DNA of 64,000 nucleotides from Eledone cirrhosa. Its lineage: Eukaryota. The notes under the pieces were generated by a model, which searched no databases, was not told the origin of the DNA, and saw only the letters and a program-made list of their open reading frames with translations. The DNA lies in assembly GCA_964016885.1 (NCBI GenBank), contig OZ024751.1, positions 48,918,001 to 48,982,000 of the forward strand, read 5' to 3'. Positions 1 through 15,000 of the stretch are shown piece after piece. The position numbers and the translations under genes are program-made. Within the stretch, counting starts at the first letter, position 1. Each line of letters begins with the position of its first letter.

Positions 1-3000
1 TGTTATAGTTGTTATTGTTGTTATAGTTGTTATTGTTTTAGTGTTGTTATTGTTGTTATTGTTGTTATTGTTGTTATTGTTGTTACTGTTGTTAGTCTTG
101 TTACTGTTGTTACAGTTGTTATTGTTGTTAGTGTTGTTAGTGTTGTTACTGTTATTATTGTTGTTAGTGTTGTTAGTGTTGTTATTGTTTTTATTGTTGT
201 AAGTGTTGTTATTGTTGTTATATTTGTAAGTGTTGTTAGTGTTGTTAGTGTTGTTAGTGTTGTTATTGTTGTTACTGTTGTTAGTGTTGTTAGTGTTGTT
301 ACTGTTGTTAGTGTTGTTATTGTTGTTAGTGTTGTTATTGTTGTTAGTGTTGTTATTGTTGTTATTGTTGTTATTGTTGTTACTTTTGTTAGTGTTGTTA
401 GTGTTGTTAGTGTTGTTAGTGTTGTTAGTGTTGTTAGTGTTGTTATTGTTGTTATTGTTGTTGTTACTGTTGTTACTGTTGTTAGAGTTGTTATTGTTGT
501 TATTGTTGTTATTGTTGTTAGTGTTGTTAGTGTTGTTATTGTTGTTATTGTTGTTATTGTTGTTAGTGTTGTTAGTGTTGTTAGTGTTGTTGCTGTTGTT
601 ACTGTTGTTATTGTTGTTACTGTTGTTATTGTTGTTATTGTTGTTAGTGTTGTTATTGTTGTTGCTGTTGTTATTGTTGTTATTGTTGTTAGTGTTGTTA
701 GTGTTGTTACTGTTGTTATTGTTGTTATTGTTGTTAGTGTTGTTAGTGTTGTTAGTGTTATTATTGTTGTTAGTGTTGTTAGTGTTGTTATTGTTGTTAT
801 AGTTGATAGTGTTGTTAGTGTTGTTACTGTTGTGAGTGTTGTTATTGTTGTTAGTGTTGTTAGTGTTGTTAGTGTTGTTAGTGTTGTTATTGTTGTTAGT
901 GTTGTTAGTGTTGTTAGTGTTGTTATTGTTGTTAGAGTTGTTAGTGTTGTTAGTGTTGTTATTGTTTTTACTGTTGTTATTGTTGTTATTGTTGTTACTG
1001 TTGTTATTGTTGTTATTGTTGTTAGTGTTGTTATTGTTGTTATTGTTGTTAGCGTTGTTAGTGTTGTTAGTGTTGTTATTGTTGTTACTGTTATTATTGT
1101 TGTTAGTGTTGTTATTGTTGTTACTGTTGTTATTGTTGTTAGTGTTGTTAGTGTTGTTACTGTTGTTAGTGTTGTTACTGTTGTTACTGTTGTTATTGTT
1201 GTTACTGTTGTTATTGTTGTTAATGTTGTTACTGTTGTTAGTGTTGTTAGTGTTGTTACTGTTGTTACTGTTGTTATTGTTGTTACTATTGTTACTGTTG
1301 TTATTGTTGTTACTGTTGTTACTGTTGTTAGTGTTGTTAGTGTTGTTACTGTTGTTAGTGTTGTTACTGTTGTTACTGTTGTTACTGTTGTTACTGTTGT
1401 TAGTGTTGTTCGTGTTGTTACTGTTGTTAGTGTTGTTAGTGTTGTTAGTGTTGTTATTGTTGTTATTGTTGTTAGTGTTGTTACTGTTGTTAGTGTTGTT
1501 ATTGTTTTTATTGTTGTTAGTGTTGTTATTGTTGTTATATTTGTAAGTGTTGTTAGTGTTGTTAGTGTTGTTAGTGTTGTTATTGTTGTTATTGTTGTTG
1601 TTACTGTTTTTACTGTTGATACTGTTGTTAGTGTTGTTAGTGTTGTTAGAGTTGTTATTGTTGTTATTGTTGTTATTGTTGTTATTGTTGTTACTGTTGT
1701 TATTGTTGTTACTGTTGTTAGTGTTGTTATTGTTGTTACTGTTGTTATTGCTGTTAGTGTTGTTATTGTTGTTACTGTTGTTATTGCTGTTATTGTTGTT
1801 ACTGTTGTTACTGTTGTTATTGTTGTTACTGTTGTTACTGTTGTTAGTGTTGTTAGTGTTGTTACTGTTGTTACTGTTGTTATTGTTGTTACTGTTGTTA
1901 CTGTTGTTATTGTTGTTACTTTTGTTACTGTTGTTAGTGTTGTTAGTGTTGTTACTGTTGTTAGTGTTGTTACTGTTGTTACTGTTGTTACTGTTGTTAG
2001 TGTTGTTCGTGTTGTTACTGTTGTTAGTGTTGTTAGTGTTGTTAGTGTTGTTATTGTTGTTATTGTTGTTAGTGTTGTTACTGTTGTTAGTGTTGTTATT
2101 GTTTTTATTGTTGTTACTGTTGTTACTGTTGTTATTGTTGTTACTGTTGTTACTGTTGTTATTGTTGTTACTGTTGTTACTTTTGTTAGTGTTGTTACTG
2201 TTGTTAGTGTTGTTATTGTTGTTACTGTTGTTATTGTTGTTAGTGTTGTTACTGTTGTTATTGTTGTTACTGTTGTTACTGTTGTTAGTGTTGTTACTGT
2301 TGTTACTGTTGTTATTGTTGTTACTGTTGTTACTTTTCTTAGTGTTGTTACTGTTGTTACTGTTGTTATTGTTGTCACTGTTGTTACTGTTGTTAGTGTT
2401 GTTACTGTTGTTACTGTTGTTATTGTTGTTACTGTTGTTATTGTTGTTAGTGTTGTTAGTGTTGTTACTGTTGTTACTGTTGTTACTTTTGTTAGTGTTG
2501 TTACTGTTGTTAGTGTTGTTATTGTTGTTACTGTTGTTATTGTTGTTAGTGTTGTTACTGTTGTTATTGTTGTTACTGTTGTTAATGTTGTTAGTGTTGT
2601 TACTGTTGTTACTGTTGTTATTGTTGTTACTGTTGTTACTTTTCTTAGTGTTGTTACTGTTGTTACTGTTGTTATTGTTGTCACTGTTGTTACTGTTGTT
2701 AGTGTTGTTACTGTTGTTACTGTTGTTATTGTTGTTACTGTTGTTATTGTTGTTAGTGTTGTTAGTGTTGTTACTGTTGTTACTGTTGTTATTGTTGTTA
2801 CTGTTGTTAGTGTTGTTACTGTTGTTATTGTTGTTATTGTCGTTATTGTTGTTACTGTTGTTATTGTTGTTACAGCTGTTACTGTTGTTATTGTTGTTAC
2901 TGTTGTTACTGTTGTTAGTGTTGTTACTGTTGTTATTGTTGTTAGTGTTGTTAGTGTTGTTACTGTTGTTAGTGTTGTTATTATTGTTACTGTTGTTATT

Positions 3001-6000
3001 GTTGTTAGTGTTGTTAGTGTTGTTACTGTTGTTAGTGTTGTTAGTGTTGTTAGTGTTGTTAGTGTTGTTATTGTTGTTAGTGTTGTTTGTGTTGTTAGTG
3101 TTGTTAGTGTTGTTAGTGTTGTTACTGTTGTTATAGTTGTTATTGTTGTTATAGTTGTTATTTTTTTAGTGTCGTTATTGTTGTTATTGTTGTTAGTGTT
3201 GTTAGTGTTGTTACTGTTGTTAGTGTTGTTAGTGTTGTTAGTGCTGTTATTGTTGTTATTGTTGTTAGTGTTGTTATTGTTGTTACTGTTGTTAGTGTTG
3301 TTAGTGTTGTTAGTGTTGTTATTGTTGTTAGTGTTGTTAGTGTTGTTAGTGTTGTTACTGTTGTTATAGTTGTTATTGTTGTTATAGTTGTTATTGTTTT
3401 AGTGTTGTTATTGTTGTTATTGTTGTTATTGTTGTTATTGTTGTTACTGTTGTTAGTCTTGTTACTGTTGTTACAGTTGTTATTGTTGTTAGTGTTGTTA
3501 GTGTTGTTACTGTTATTATTGTTGTTAGTGTTGTTAGTGTTGTTATTGTTTTTATTGTTGTAAGTGTTGTTATTGTTGTTATATTTGTAAGTGTTGTTAG
3601 TGTTGTTAGTGTTGTTAGTGTTGTTATTGTTGTTACTGTTGTTAGTGTTGTTAGTGTTGTTACTGTTGTTAGTGTTGTTATTGTTGTTAGTGTTGTTATT
3701 GTTGTTAGTGTTGTTATTGTTGTTATTGTTGTTATTGTTGTTACTTTTGTTAGTGTTGTTAGTGTTGTTAGTGTTGTTAGTGTTGTTAGTGTTGTTAGTG
3801 TTGTTATTGTTGTTATTGTTGTTGTTACTGTTGTTACTGTTGTTAGAGTTGTTATTGTTGTTATTGTTGTTATTGTTGTTAGTGTTGTTAGTGTTGTTAT
3901 TGTTGTTATTGTTGTTATTGTTGTTAGTGTTGTTAGTGTTGTTAGTGTTGTTGCTGTTGTTACTGTTGTTATTGTTGTTACTGTTGTTATTGTTGTTATT
4001 GTTGTTAGTGTTGTTATTGTTGTTGCTGTTGTTATTGTTGTTATTGTTGTTAGTGTTGTTAGTGTTGTTACTGTTGTTATTGTTGTTATTGTTGTTAGTG
4101 TTGTTAGTGTTGTTAGTGTTATTATTGTTGTTAGTGTTGTTAGTGTTGTTATTGTTGTTATAGTTGTTAGTGTTGTTAGTGTTGTTACTGTTGTGAGTGT
4201 TGTTATTGTTGTTAGTGTTGTTAGTGTTGTTAGTGTTGTTATTGTTGTTAGTGTTGTTAGTGTTGTTAGTGTTGTTATTGTTGTTAGAGTTGTTAGTGTT
4301 GTTAGTGTTGTTATTGTTTTTACTGTTGTTATTGTTGTTATTGTTGTTACTGTTGTTATTGTTGTTATTGTTGTTAGTGTTGTTATTGTTGTTATTGTTG
4401 TTAGCGTTGTTAGTGTTGTTAGTGTTGTTATTGTTGTTACTGTTATTATTGTTGTTAGTGTTGTTATTGTTGTTACTGTTGTTATTGTTGTTAGTGTTGT
4501 TAGTGTTGTTACTGTTGTTAGTGTTGTTACTGTTGTTACTGTTGTTATTGTTGTTACTGTTGTTATTGTTGTTAATGTTGTTACTGTTGTTAGTGTTGTT
4601 AGTGTTGTTACTGTTGTTACTGTTGTTATTGTTGTTACTATTGTTACTGTTGTTATTGTTGTTACTGTTGTTACTGTTGTTAGTGTTGTTAGTGTTGTTA
4701 CTGTTGTTAGTGTTGTTACTGTTGTTACTGTTGTTACTGTTGTTACTGTTGTTAGTGTTGTTCGTGTTGTTACTGTTGTTAGTGTTGTTAGTGTTGTTAG
4801 TGTTGTTATTGTTGTTATTGTTGTTAGTGTTGTTACTGTTGTTAGTGTTGTTATTGTTTTTATTGTTGTTAGTGTTGTTATTGTTGTTATATTTGTAAGT
4901 GTTGTTAGTGTTGTTAGTGTTGTTAGTGTTGTTATTGTTGTTATTGTTGTTGTTACTGTTTTTACTGTTGATACTGTTGTTAGTGTTGTTAGTGTTGTTA
5001 GAGTTGTTATTGTTGTTATTGTTGTTATTGTTGTTATTGTTGTTACTGTTGTTATTGTTGTTACTGTTGTTAGTGTTGTTATTGTTGTTACTGTTGTTAT
5101 TGCTGTTAGTGTTGTTATTGTTGTTACTGTTGTTATTGTTGTTATTGTTGTTACTGTTGTTACTGTTGTTATTGTTGTTACTGTTGTTACTGTTGTTAGT
5201 GTTGTTAGTGTTGTTACTGTTGTTACTGTTGTTATTGTTGTTACTGTTGTTACTGTTGTTATTGTTGTTACTTTTGTTACTGTTGTTAGTGTTGTTAGTG
5301 TTGTTACTGTTGTTAGTGTTGTTACTGTTGTTACTGTTGTTACTGTTGTTAGTGTTGTTCGTGTTGTTACTGTTGTTAGTGTTGTTAGTGTTGTTAGTGT
5401 TGTTATTGTTGTTATTGTTGTTAGTGTTGTTACTGTTGTTAGTGTTGTTATTGTTTTTATTGTTGTTACTGTTGTTACTGTTGTTATTGTTGTTACTGTT
5501 GTTACTGTTGTTATTGTTGTTACTGTTGTTACTTTTGTTAGTGTTGTTACTGTTGTTACTGTTGTTAGTGTTGTTATTGTTGTTACTGTTGTTATTGTTG
5601 TTAGTGTTGTTACTGTTGTTATTGTTGTTACTGTTGTTACTGTTGTTAGTGTTGTTACTGTTGTTACTGTTGTTATTGTTGTTACTGTTGTTACTTTTCT
5701 TAGTGTTGTTACTGTTGTTACTGTTGTTATTGTTGTCACTGTTGTTACTGTTGTTAGTGTTGTTACTGTTGTTACTGTTGTTATTGTTGTTACTGTTGTT
5801 ATTGTTGTTAGTGTTGTTAGTGTTGTTACTGTTGTTACTGTTGTTATTGTTGTTACTGTTGTTAGTGTTGTTACTGTTGTTATTGTTGTTATTGTCGTTA
5901 TTGTTGTTAGTGTTGTTACTGTTGTTAGTGTTGTTACTGTTGTTACTGTTGTTATTGTTGTTACTGTTGTTACTGTTGTTATTGTTGTTACAGCTGTTAC

Positions 6001-9000
6001 TGTTGTTATTGTTGTTACTGTTGTTACTGTTGTTAGTGTTGTTACTGTTGTTATTGCTGTTAGTGTTGTTAGTGTTGTTACTGTTGTTAGTGTTGTTATT
6101 ATTGTTACTGTTGTTATTGTTGTTAGTGTTGTTAGTGTTGTTATTGTTGTTAGTATTGTTATTGTTGTTAGTGTTGTTAGTGTTGTTAGTGTTGTTATTG
6201 TTGTTACTGTTGTTACTGCTGTTACTGTTGTTAGTGTTGTTGCTGTTGTTACTGTTATTGTTGTTAGTATTGTTATTGTTGTTACTGTTGTTAGTGTTGT
6301 TACTGTTGTTATTGTTGTTATTGTTGTTACTGTTGTTATTGTTGTTAGTGTTGTTATTGTTGTTAGTGTTGTTACTGTTGTTACTGTTGTTATTGTTGTT
6401 ATTATTGTTACTGTTGTTATTGTTGTTAGTGTTGTTAGTGTTGTTAGTGTTGTTATTGTTGTTACAGTTGTTAGTGCTGTTAGTATTGTTATTATTGTTA
6501 GTGTTGTTACTGTTGTTAGTGTTGTTAGTGTTGTTAGTGTTGTTATTGCTGTTAGTGTTGTTACTGTTGTTAGTCTTGTTACTGTTGTTACTGTTGTTAT
6601 TGTTGTTATTGTTGTTAATGTTGTTACTGTTGTTATTGTTGTTAGTGTTGTTAGTGTTGATATTGTTGTTATTGTTTTTATTGTTGTTAGTGTTGTTATT
6701 GTTGTTATATTTGTAAGTGTTGTTAGTGTTGTTAGTGTTGTTAGTGTTGTTATTGTTGTTACTGTTGTTAGTGTTGTTACTGTTGTTAGTGTTGTTATTG
6801 TTGTTAGTGTTGTTACTGTTGTTAGTGTTGTTATTGTTGTTATTGTTGTTATTTTTGTTATTGTTGTTAGTGTTGTTGTTATTGTTGTTAGTGTTGTTAG
6901 TGTTGTTATTGTTGTTAGTGTTGTTATTGTTGTTACTGTTGTTACTGTTGTTATTGTTGTTACTGTTGTTACTGTTGTTATTGTTGTTACTGTTGTTACT
7001 TTTGTTAGTGTTGTTACTGTTGTTAGTGTTGTTATTGTTGTTACTGTTGTTATTGTTGTTAGTGTTGTTACTGTTGTTATTGTTGTTACTGTTGTTAATG
7101 TTGTTAGTGTTGTTACTGTTGTTACTGTTGTTATTGTTGTTACTGTTGTTACTTTTCTTAGTGTTGTTACTGTTGTTACTGTTGTTATTGTTGTCACTGT
7201 TGTTACTGTTGTTAGTGTTGTTACTGTTGTTACTGTTGTTATTGTTGTTACTGTTGTTATTGTTGTTAGTGTTGTTAGTGTTGTTACTGTTGTTACTGTT
7301 GTTATTGTTGTTACTGTTGTTAGTGTTGTTACTGTTGTTATTGTTGTTATTGTCGTTATTGTTGTTAGTGTTGTTACTGTTGTTAGTGTTGTTACTGTTG
7401 TTACTGTTGTTATTGTTGTTACTGTTGTTACTGTTGTTATTGTTGTTACAGCTGTTACTGTTGTTATTGTTGTTACTGTTGTTACTGTTGTTAGTGTTGT
7501 TACTGTTGTTATTGTTGTTAGTGTTGTTAGTGTTGTTACTGTTGTTAGTGTTGTTATTATTGTTACTGTTGTTATTGTTGTTAGTGTTGTTAGTGTTGTT
7601 ACTGTTGTTAGTGTTGTTAGTGTTGTTAGTGTTGTTAGTGTTGTTATTGTTGTTAGTGTTGTTTGTGTTGTTAGTGTTGTTAGTGTTGTTAGTGTTGTTA
7701 CTGTTGTTATAGTTGTTATTGTTGTTATAGTTGTTATTTTTTTAGTGTCGTTATTGTTGTTATTGTTGTTAGTGTTGTTAGTGTTGTTACTGTTGTTAGT
7801 GTTGTTAGTGTTGTTAGTGCTGTTATTGTTGTTATTGTTGTTAGTGTTGTTATTGTTGTTACTGTTGTTAGTGTTGTTAGTGTTGTTAGTGTTGTTATTG
7901 TTGTTAGTGTTGTTAGTGTTGTTAGTGTTGTTACTGTTGTTATAGTTGTTATTGTTGTTATAGTTGTTATTGTTTTAGTGTTGTTATTGTTGTTATTGTT
8001 GTTATTGTTGTTATTGTTGTTACTGTTGTTAGTCTTGTTACTGTTGTTACAGTTGTTATTGTTGTTAGTGTTGTTAGTGTTGTTACTGTTATTATTGTTG
8101 TTAGTGTTGTTAGTGTTGTTATTGTTTTTATTGTTGTAAGTGTTGTTATTGTTGTTATATTTGTAAGTGTTGTTAGTGTTGTTAGTGTTGTTAGTGTTGT
8201 TATTGTTGTTACTGTTGTTAGTGTTGTTAGTGTTGTTACTGTTGTTAGTGTTGTTATTGTTGTTAGTGTTGTTATTGTTGTTAGTGTTGTTATTGTTGTT
8301 ATTGTTGTTATTGTTGTTACTTTTGTTAGTGTTGTTAGTGTTGTTAGTGTTGTTAGTGTTGTTAGTGGTGTTAGTGTTGTTAGTGTTGTTATTGTTGTTA
8401 TTGTTGTTGTTACTGTTGTTACTGTTGTTAGAGTTGTTATTGTTGTTATTGTTGTTATTGTTGTTAGTGTTGTTAGTGTTGTTATTGTTGTTATTGTTGT
8501 TATTGTTGTTAGTGTTGTTAGTGTTGTTAGTGTTGTTGCTGTTGTTACTGTTGTTATTGTTGTTACTGTTGTTATTGTTGTTATTGTTGTTAGTGTTGTT
8601 ATTGTTGTTGCTGTTCTTATTGTTGTTATTGTTGTTAGTGTTGTTAGTGTTGTTACTGTTGTTATTGTTGTTATTGTTGTTAGTGTTGTTAGTGTTGTTA
8701 GTGTTATTATTGTTGTTAGTGTTGTTAGTGTTGTTATTGTTGTTATAGTTGTTAGTGTTGTTAGTGTTGTTAGTGTTGTTACTGTTGTGAGTGTTGTTAT
8801 TGTTGTTAGTGTTGTTAGTGTTGTTAGTGTTGTTAGTGTTGTTAGTGTTGTTATTGTTGTTAGTGTTGTTAGTGTTGTTATTGTTGTTAGAGTTGTTAGT
8901 GTTGTTAGTGTTGTTATTGTTTTTACTGTTGTTATTGTTGTTATTGTTGTTACTGTTGTTATTGTTGTTATTGTTGTTAGTGTTGTTATTGTTGTTATTG

Positions 9001-12000
9001 TTGTTAGCGTTGTTAGTGTTGTTAGTGTTGTTATTGTTGTTACTGTTATTATTGTTGTTAGTGTTGTTATTGTTGTTACTGTTGTTATTGTTGTTAGTGT
9101 TGTTAGTGTTGTTACTGTTGTTAGTGTTGTTACTGTTGTTACTGTTGTTATTGTTGTTACTGTTGTTATTGTTGTTAATGTTGTTACTGTTGTTAGTGTT
9201 GTTAGTGTTGTTACTGTTGTTACTGTTGTTATTGTTGTTACTATTGTTACTGTTGTTATTGTTGTTACTGTTGTTACTGTTGTTAGTGTTGTTAGTGTTG
9301 TTACTGTTGTTAGTGTTGTTACTGTTGTTACTGTTGTTACTGTTGTTACTGTTGTTAGTGTTGTTCGTGTTGTTACTGTTGTTAGTGTTGTTAGTGTTGT
9401 TAGTGTTGTTATTGTTGTTATTGTTGTTAGTGTTGTTACTGTTGTTAGTGTTGTTATTGTTTTTATTGTTGTTAGTGTTGTTATTGTTGTTATATTTGTA
9501 AGTGTTGTTAGTGTTGTTAGTGTTGTTAGTGTTGTTATTGTTGTTATTGTTGTTGTTACTGTTTTTACTGTTGATACTGTTGTTAGTGTTGTTAGTGTTG
9601 TTAGAGTTGTTATTGTTGTTATTGTTGTTATTGTTGTTATTGTTGTTACTGTTGTTATTGTTGTTACTGTTGTTAGTGTTGTTATTGTTGTTACTGTTGT
9701 TATTGCTGTTAGTGTTGTTATTGTTGTTACTGTTGTTATTGTTGTTATTGTTGTTACTGTTGTTACTGTTGTTATTGTTGTTACTGTTGTTACTGTTGTT
9801 AGTGTTGTTAGTGTTGTTACTGTTGTTACTGTTGTTATTGTTGTTACAGTTGTTACTGTTGTTATTGTTGTTACTTTTGTTACTGTTGTTAGTGTTGTTA
9901 GTGTTGTTACTGTTGTTAGTGTTGTTACTGTTGTTACTGTTGTTACTGTTGTTAGTGTTGTTCGTGTTGTTACTGTTGTTAGTGTTGTTAGTGTTGTTAG
10001 TGTTGTTATTGTTGTTATTGTTGTTAGTGTTGTTACTGTTGTTAGTGTTGTTATTGTTTTTATTGTTGTTAGTGTTGTTATTGTTGTTATATTTGTAAGT
10101 GTTGTTAGTGTTGTTAGTGTTGTTAGTGTTGTTAGTGTTGTTAGTGTTGTTAGTGTTGTTATTGTTGTTATTGTTGTTGTTACTGTTGTTAATGTTGTTA
10201 CTGATGTTAGTGTTGTTAGAGTTGTTATTGTTGTTATTGTTGTTAGTGTTGTTAGTGTTGTTAGTGTTGTTATTGTTGTTATTGTTGTTGCTGTTGTTAT
10301 TGTTGTAACTGTTGTTATTGTTGTTAGTGTTGTTAGTGTTGTTATTGTTGTTGCTGTTGTTACTGTTGTTATTGTTGTTACTGTTGTTATTGTTGTTATT
10401 GTTGTTAGTGTTGTTATTGTTGTTGCTGTTGTTATTGCTGTTAGTGTTGTTACTGTTGTTAGTCTTGTTACTGTTGTTACTGTTGTTATTGTTGTTAGTG
10501 TTGTTAGTGTTGTTACTGTTGTTATTGTTGTTAGTGTTGTTAGTGTTGATATTGTTGTTATTGTTTTTATTGTTGTTAGTGTTGTTATTGTTGTTATATT
10601 TGTAAGTGTTGTTAGTGTTGTTAGTGTTGTTAGTGTTGTTATTGTTGTTACTGTTGTTAGTGTTGTTACTGTTGTTAGTGTTGTTATTGTTGTTAGTGTT
10701 GTTACTGTTGTTAGTGTTGTTATTGTTGTTAGTATTGTTATTGTTGTTGCTGTTGTTATTGTTGTTAGTGTTGTTACTGTTGTTATTGTTGTTAGTGTTG
10801 TTAGTGTTATTATTGTTGCTAGTGTTGTTAGTGTTGTTATTGTTATTATTGTTGTTAGTGTTGTTAGTGTTGTTACTGTTGTTATTGTTGTTAGTGTTGT
10901 TACTCTTGTTATTGTTGTTACTGTTGTTATTGTTGTTAGTGTTGTTATTGTTGTTATTGTTGTTATTATTGTTATTGTTGTTAGTGTTGTTAGTGTTGTT
11001 AGTGTTGTTATTGTTGTTACTGTGTTATTGTTGTTAGTGTTGTTAGTGTTGTTATTGTTGTTATTGTTTTTACTGTTGTTATTGTTGTTAGTGTTGTTAT
11101 TGTTGTTACTGTTGTTATTGTTGTTAGTGTTGTTATTGTTGTTACTGTTGTTATTGTTGTTAATGTTGTTATTGTTGTTACTTTTGTTAGTGTTGTTAGT
11201 GTTGTTATTGTTGTTACTGTTGTTATTGTTGTTACTGTTGTTATTGTTGTTAGTGTTGTTAGTGTTGTTAGAGTTGTTACTGCTGTTATTGTTGTTACTG
11301 TTGTTATTGTTGTTATTGTTGTTAGTGTTGTTAGTGTTGTTAGTGTTGTTACTGTTGTTAGTGTTGTTACTGTTGTTAGTGTTGTTAGTGTTGTTATTGT
11401 TGTTACTGTTGTTATTGTTGTTATTGTTTTTTCTGTTGTTATTGTTGTTATTGTTGTTACTGTTGTTATTGTTATTGTTGTTAGCGTTGTTAGTGTTGTT
11501 AGTGTTGTTATTGTTGTTACTGTTGTTACTGTTGTTAGTGCTGTTAGTATTGTTATTATTGTTAGTGTTGTTAGCGTTGTTACTGTTGTTAGTGTTGTTA
11601 GTGTTGTTAGTGTTGTTATTGTTGTTAGTGTTGTTACTGTTGTTAGTCTTGTTACTGTTGTTACTGTTGTTATTGTTGTTAGTGTTGTTAGTGCTGTTAC
11701 TGTTGTTATTGTTGTTATTGTTGTTATTATTGTTAGTGTTGTTAGTGATGTTATTGTTGTTAGTGTTTTTATTGTTGTTAGTGTTGTTAGTGTTGTTAGT
11801 GTTGTTAGAGTTGTTAGTGTTGTTACTGTTGTTAGTGTTGTTACTGTTGTTAGTGCTGTTAGTGTTGTTATTGTTGTTACTGTTGTTATTGTTGTTATTG
11901 TTGTTTCTGTTGTTACTGTTGTTAGTGTTGTTACTGTTGTTACTGTTGTTATTGTTGTTATTGTTGTTACTGTTGTTATTGTTGTTAGTGTTGTTAGTGT

Positions 12001-15000
12001 TGTTAGTGTTGTTACTGTTGTTACTGTTGTTATTGTTGTTATTATTGTTACTGTTGTTATTGTTGTTAGTGTTGTTAGTGTTGTTAGTGTTGTTATTGTT
12101 GTTACTGTTGTTAATGCTGTTAGTATTTTTATTATTGTTAGTGTTGTTAGTGTTGTTACTGTTGTTAGTGTTGTTAGTGTTGTTAGTGTTGTTATTGTTG
12201 TTAGTGTTGTTACTGTTGTTAGTCTTGTTACTGTTGTTACTGTTGTTATTGTTGTTAGTGTTGTTAGTGTTGTTACTGCTGTTATTGTTGTTAGTGTTGT
12301 TAGTGTTGATATTGTTGTTATTGTTTTTATTGTTGTTAGTGTTGTTATTGTTGTTATATTTGTAAGTGTTGTTAGTCTTGTTAGTGTTGTTAGTGTTGTT
12401 ATTGTTGTTAGTGTTGTTATTGTTGTTATTGTTGTTGTTACTGTTGTTACTGTTGTTAGTGTTGTTAGTGTTGTTAGTGTTCTTATCGTTGTTATTGTTG
12501 TTAGTGTTGTTAGTGTTGTTGTTGTTGTTGCTGTTGTTACTGTTGTTATTGTTGTTACTGTTGTTATTGTTGTTAGTGTTGTTAGTGTTGTTATTGTTGT
12601 TGCTGTTGTTACTGTTGTTATTGTTGTTACTGTTGTTATTGTTGTTATTGTTGTTAGTGTTGTTATTGTTGTTGCTGTTGTTACTGTTGTTACTGTTGTT
12701 ATTGTTGTTAGTGTTGTTAGTGTTGTTACTGTTGTTATTGTTGTTATTGTTGTTATTGTTGTTAGTGTTGTTAGTGTTTTTAGTGTTGTTATTGTTGTTA
12801 GTGTTGTTAGTGTTGTTACTGTTGTTAGTCTTGTTATTGTTGTTAGTGTTGTTATTGTTGTTACAGTTGTTATTGTTGTTACTGTTGTTATTGTTGTTAT
12901 TGTTGTTATTGTTGTTATTGTTGTTACTGTTGTTATTGTTGTTAGTGTTGTTATTGTTGTTATTGTTGTTAGTGTTGTTAGTGTTGTTATTGTTGTTACT
13001 GTTGTTATTGTTGTTAGTGTTGTTACTGTTGTTAGTGTTGTTATTGTTGTTACTGTTGTTATTGTTGTTAGTGTTGTTATTGTTGTTACTGTTGTCATTG
13101 TTGTTAGTGTTGTTACTGTTGTTAGTCTTGTTATTGTTGTTAGTGTTGTTATTGTTGTTACAGTTGTTATTGTTGTTACTGTTGTTATTGTTGTTGTTGT
13201 TGTTATTGTTGTTACTGTTGTTACTGTTGTTATTGTTGTTAGTGTTGTTATTGTTGTTATTGTTGTTAGTGTTGTTAGTGTTGTTATTGTTGTTACTGTT
13301 GTTATTGTTGTTACTGTTGTTATTGTTGTTAGTGTTGTTACTGTTGTTAGTGTTGTTATTGTTGTTACTGTTGTTATTGTTGTTAGTGTTGTTATTGTTG
13401 TTACTGTTGTTATTGTTGTTAATATTGTTATTGTTGTTACTTTTGTTAGTGTTGTTAGTGTTGTTATTGTTGTTACTGTTGTTATTGTTGTTAGTGTTGT
13501 TAGTGTTGTTATTATTGTTATTGTTGTTATTGTTGTTAGTGTTGTTAGTGTTGTTAGTGTTGTTAGTGTTGTTATTGTTGTTATTGTTGTTACTGTTGTT
13601 ATTGTTGTTACTGCTGTTAGTGTTGTTACTGTTGTTATTGTTGTTAGTGTTGTTATTGTTGTTACTGTTGTTATTGTTGTTACTTTTGTTAGTGTTGTTA
13701 CTGTTGTGACTGTTGTTACTGTTGTTACTGTTGTTACTGTTGTTACTGTTGTTATTGTTGTTAGTGTTGTTATTGTTGTTACTGTTGTTATTGTTGTTAA
13801 TGTCGTTATTGTTGTTACTTTTGTTAGTGTCGTTACTGTTGTTACTGTTGTTAGTGTTGTTACTGTTGTTACTGTTGTTACTGTTGTCAATGTTGTTATT
13901 GTTGTTATTGTTGTTAGCGTTGTTAGTGGTGTTAGTGTTGTTATTGTTGTTACTGTTGTTACTGTAGTTACTGTTGTTAGTGTTGTTAGTGTTGTTATTG
14001 TTGTTAGTGTTGTTATTGTTGTTACTGTTGTTATTGTTGTTAGTGTTGTTAGTGTTGTTAGTGTTGTTAGTGTTGTTATTGTTGTTAGTGTTGTTATTGT
14101 TGTTACTGTTGTTATTGTTGTTATTGTTGTTAGTGTTGTTAGTGCTGTTAGTGTTGTTATTGTTGTTACTGTTGTTACTGCTGTTACTGTTGTTATGTTG
14201 TTGCTGTTGTTACTGTTATTGTTGTTAGTATTGTTATTGTTGTTACTGTTGTTAGTGTTGTTACTGTTGTTAGTGTTGTTACTGTTGTTATTGTTGTTAT
14301 TGTTGTTACTGTTGTTATTGTTGTTAGTGTTATTAGTGTTGTTAGTGTTGTTATTGTTGTTAGTGTTGTTATTGTTGTTAGTGTTGTTAGTGTTGTTAGT
14401 GTTGTTACTGTTGTTACTGTTGTTACTGTTGTTACTTTTGTTACTGTTGTTGTTATTGTTAGCGTTGTTAGTGGTGTTAGTGTTGTTATTGTTGTTACTG
14501 TTGTTACTGTAGTTACTGTTGTTAGTGTTGTTAGTGTTGTTATTGTTGTTAGTGTTGTTATTGTTGTTACTGTTGTTATTGTTGTTAGTGTTGTTAGTGT
14601 TGTTAGTGTTTTTATTGTTGTTAGTGTTGTTATTGTTGTTATTGATGTTACCGTTGTTAGTGGTGTTAGTGTTGTTATTGTTGTTACTGTTGTTACTGTT
14701 GTTACTGTTGTTATTGTTGTTATTGTTGTTAGCGTTGTTAGTGGTGTTAGTGTTGTTATTGTTGTTACTGTTGTTACTGTAGTTACTGTTGTTAGTGTTG
14801 TTAGTGTTGTTATTGTTGTTAGTGTTGTTATTGTTGTTACTGTTGTTATTGTTGTTAGTGTTGTTAGTGTTGTTAGTGTTGTTATTGTTGTTAGTGTTGT
14901 TATTGTTGTTACTGTTGTTATTGTTGTTATTGTTGTTTGTGTTGTTAGTGTTGTTAGTGTTGGTATGTTGTTACTGTTGTTAGTGCTGTTAGTATTGTTA

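Noticed and set aside
219-12370. Recurrent GTAAGT/GTGAGT splice-donor-like motifs in the array
   Set aside because: Each is a single substitution from GTTAGT, propagated by the HOR duplications; no exon context.
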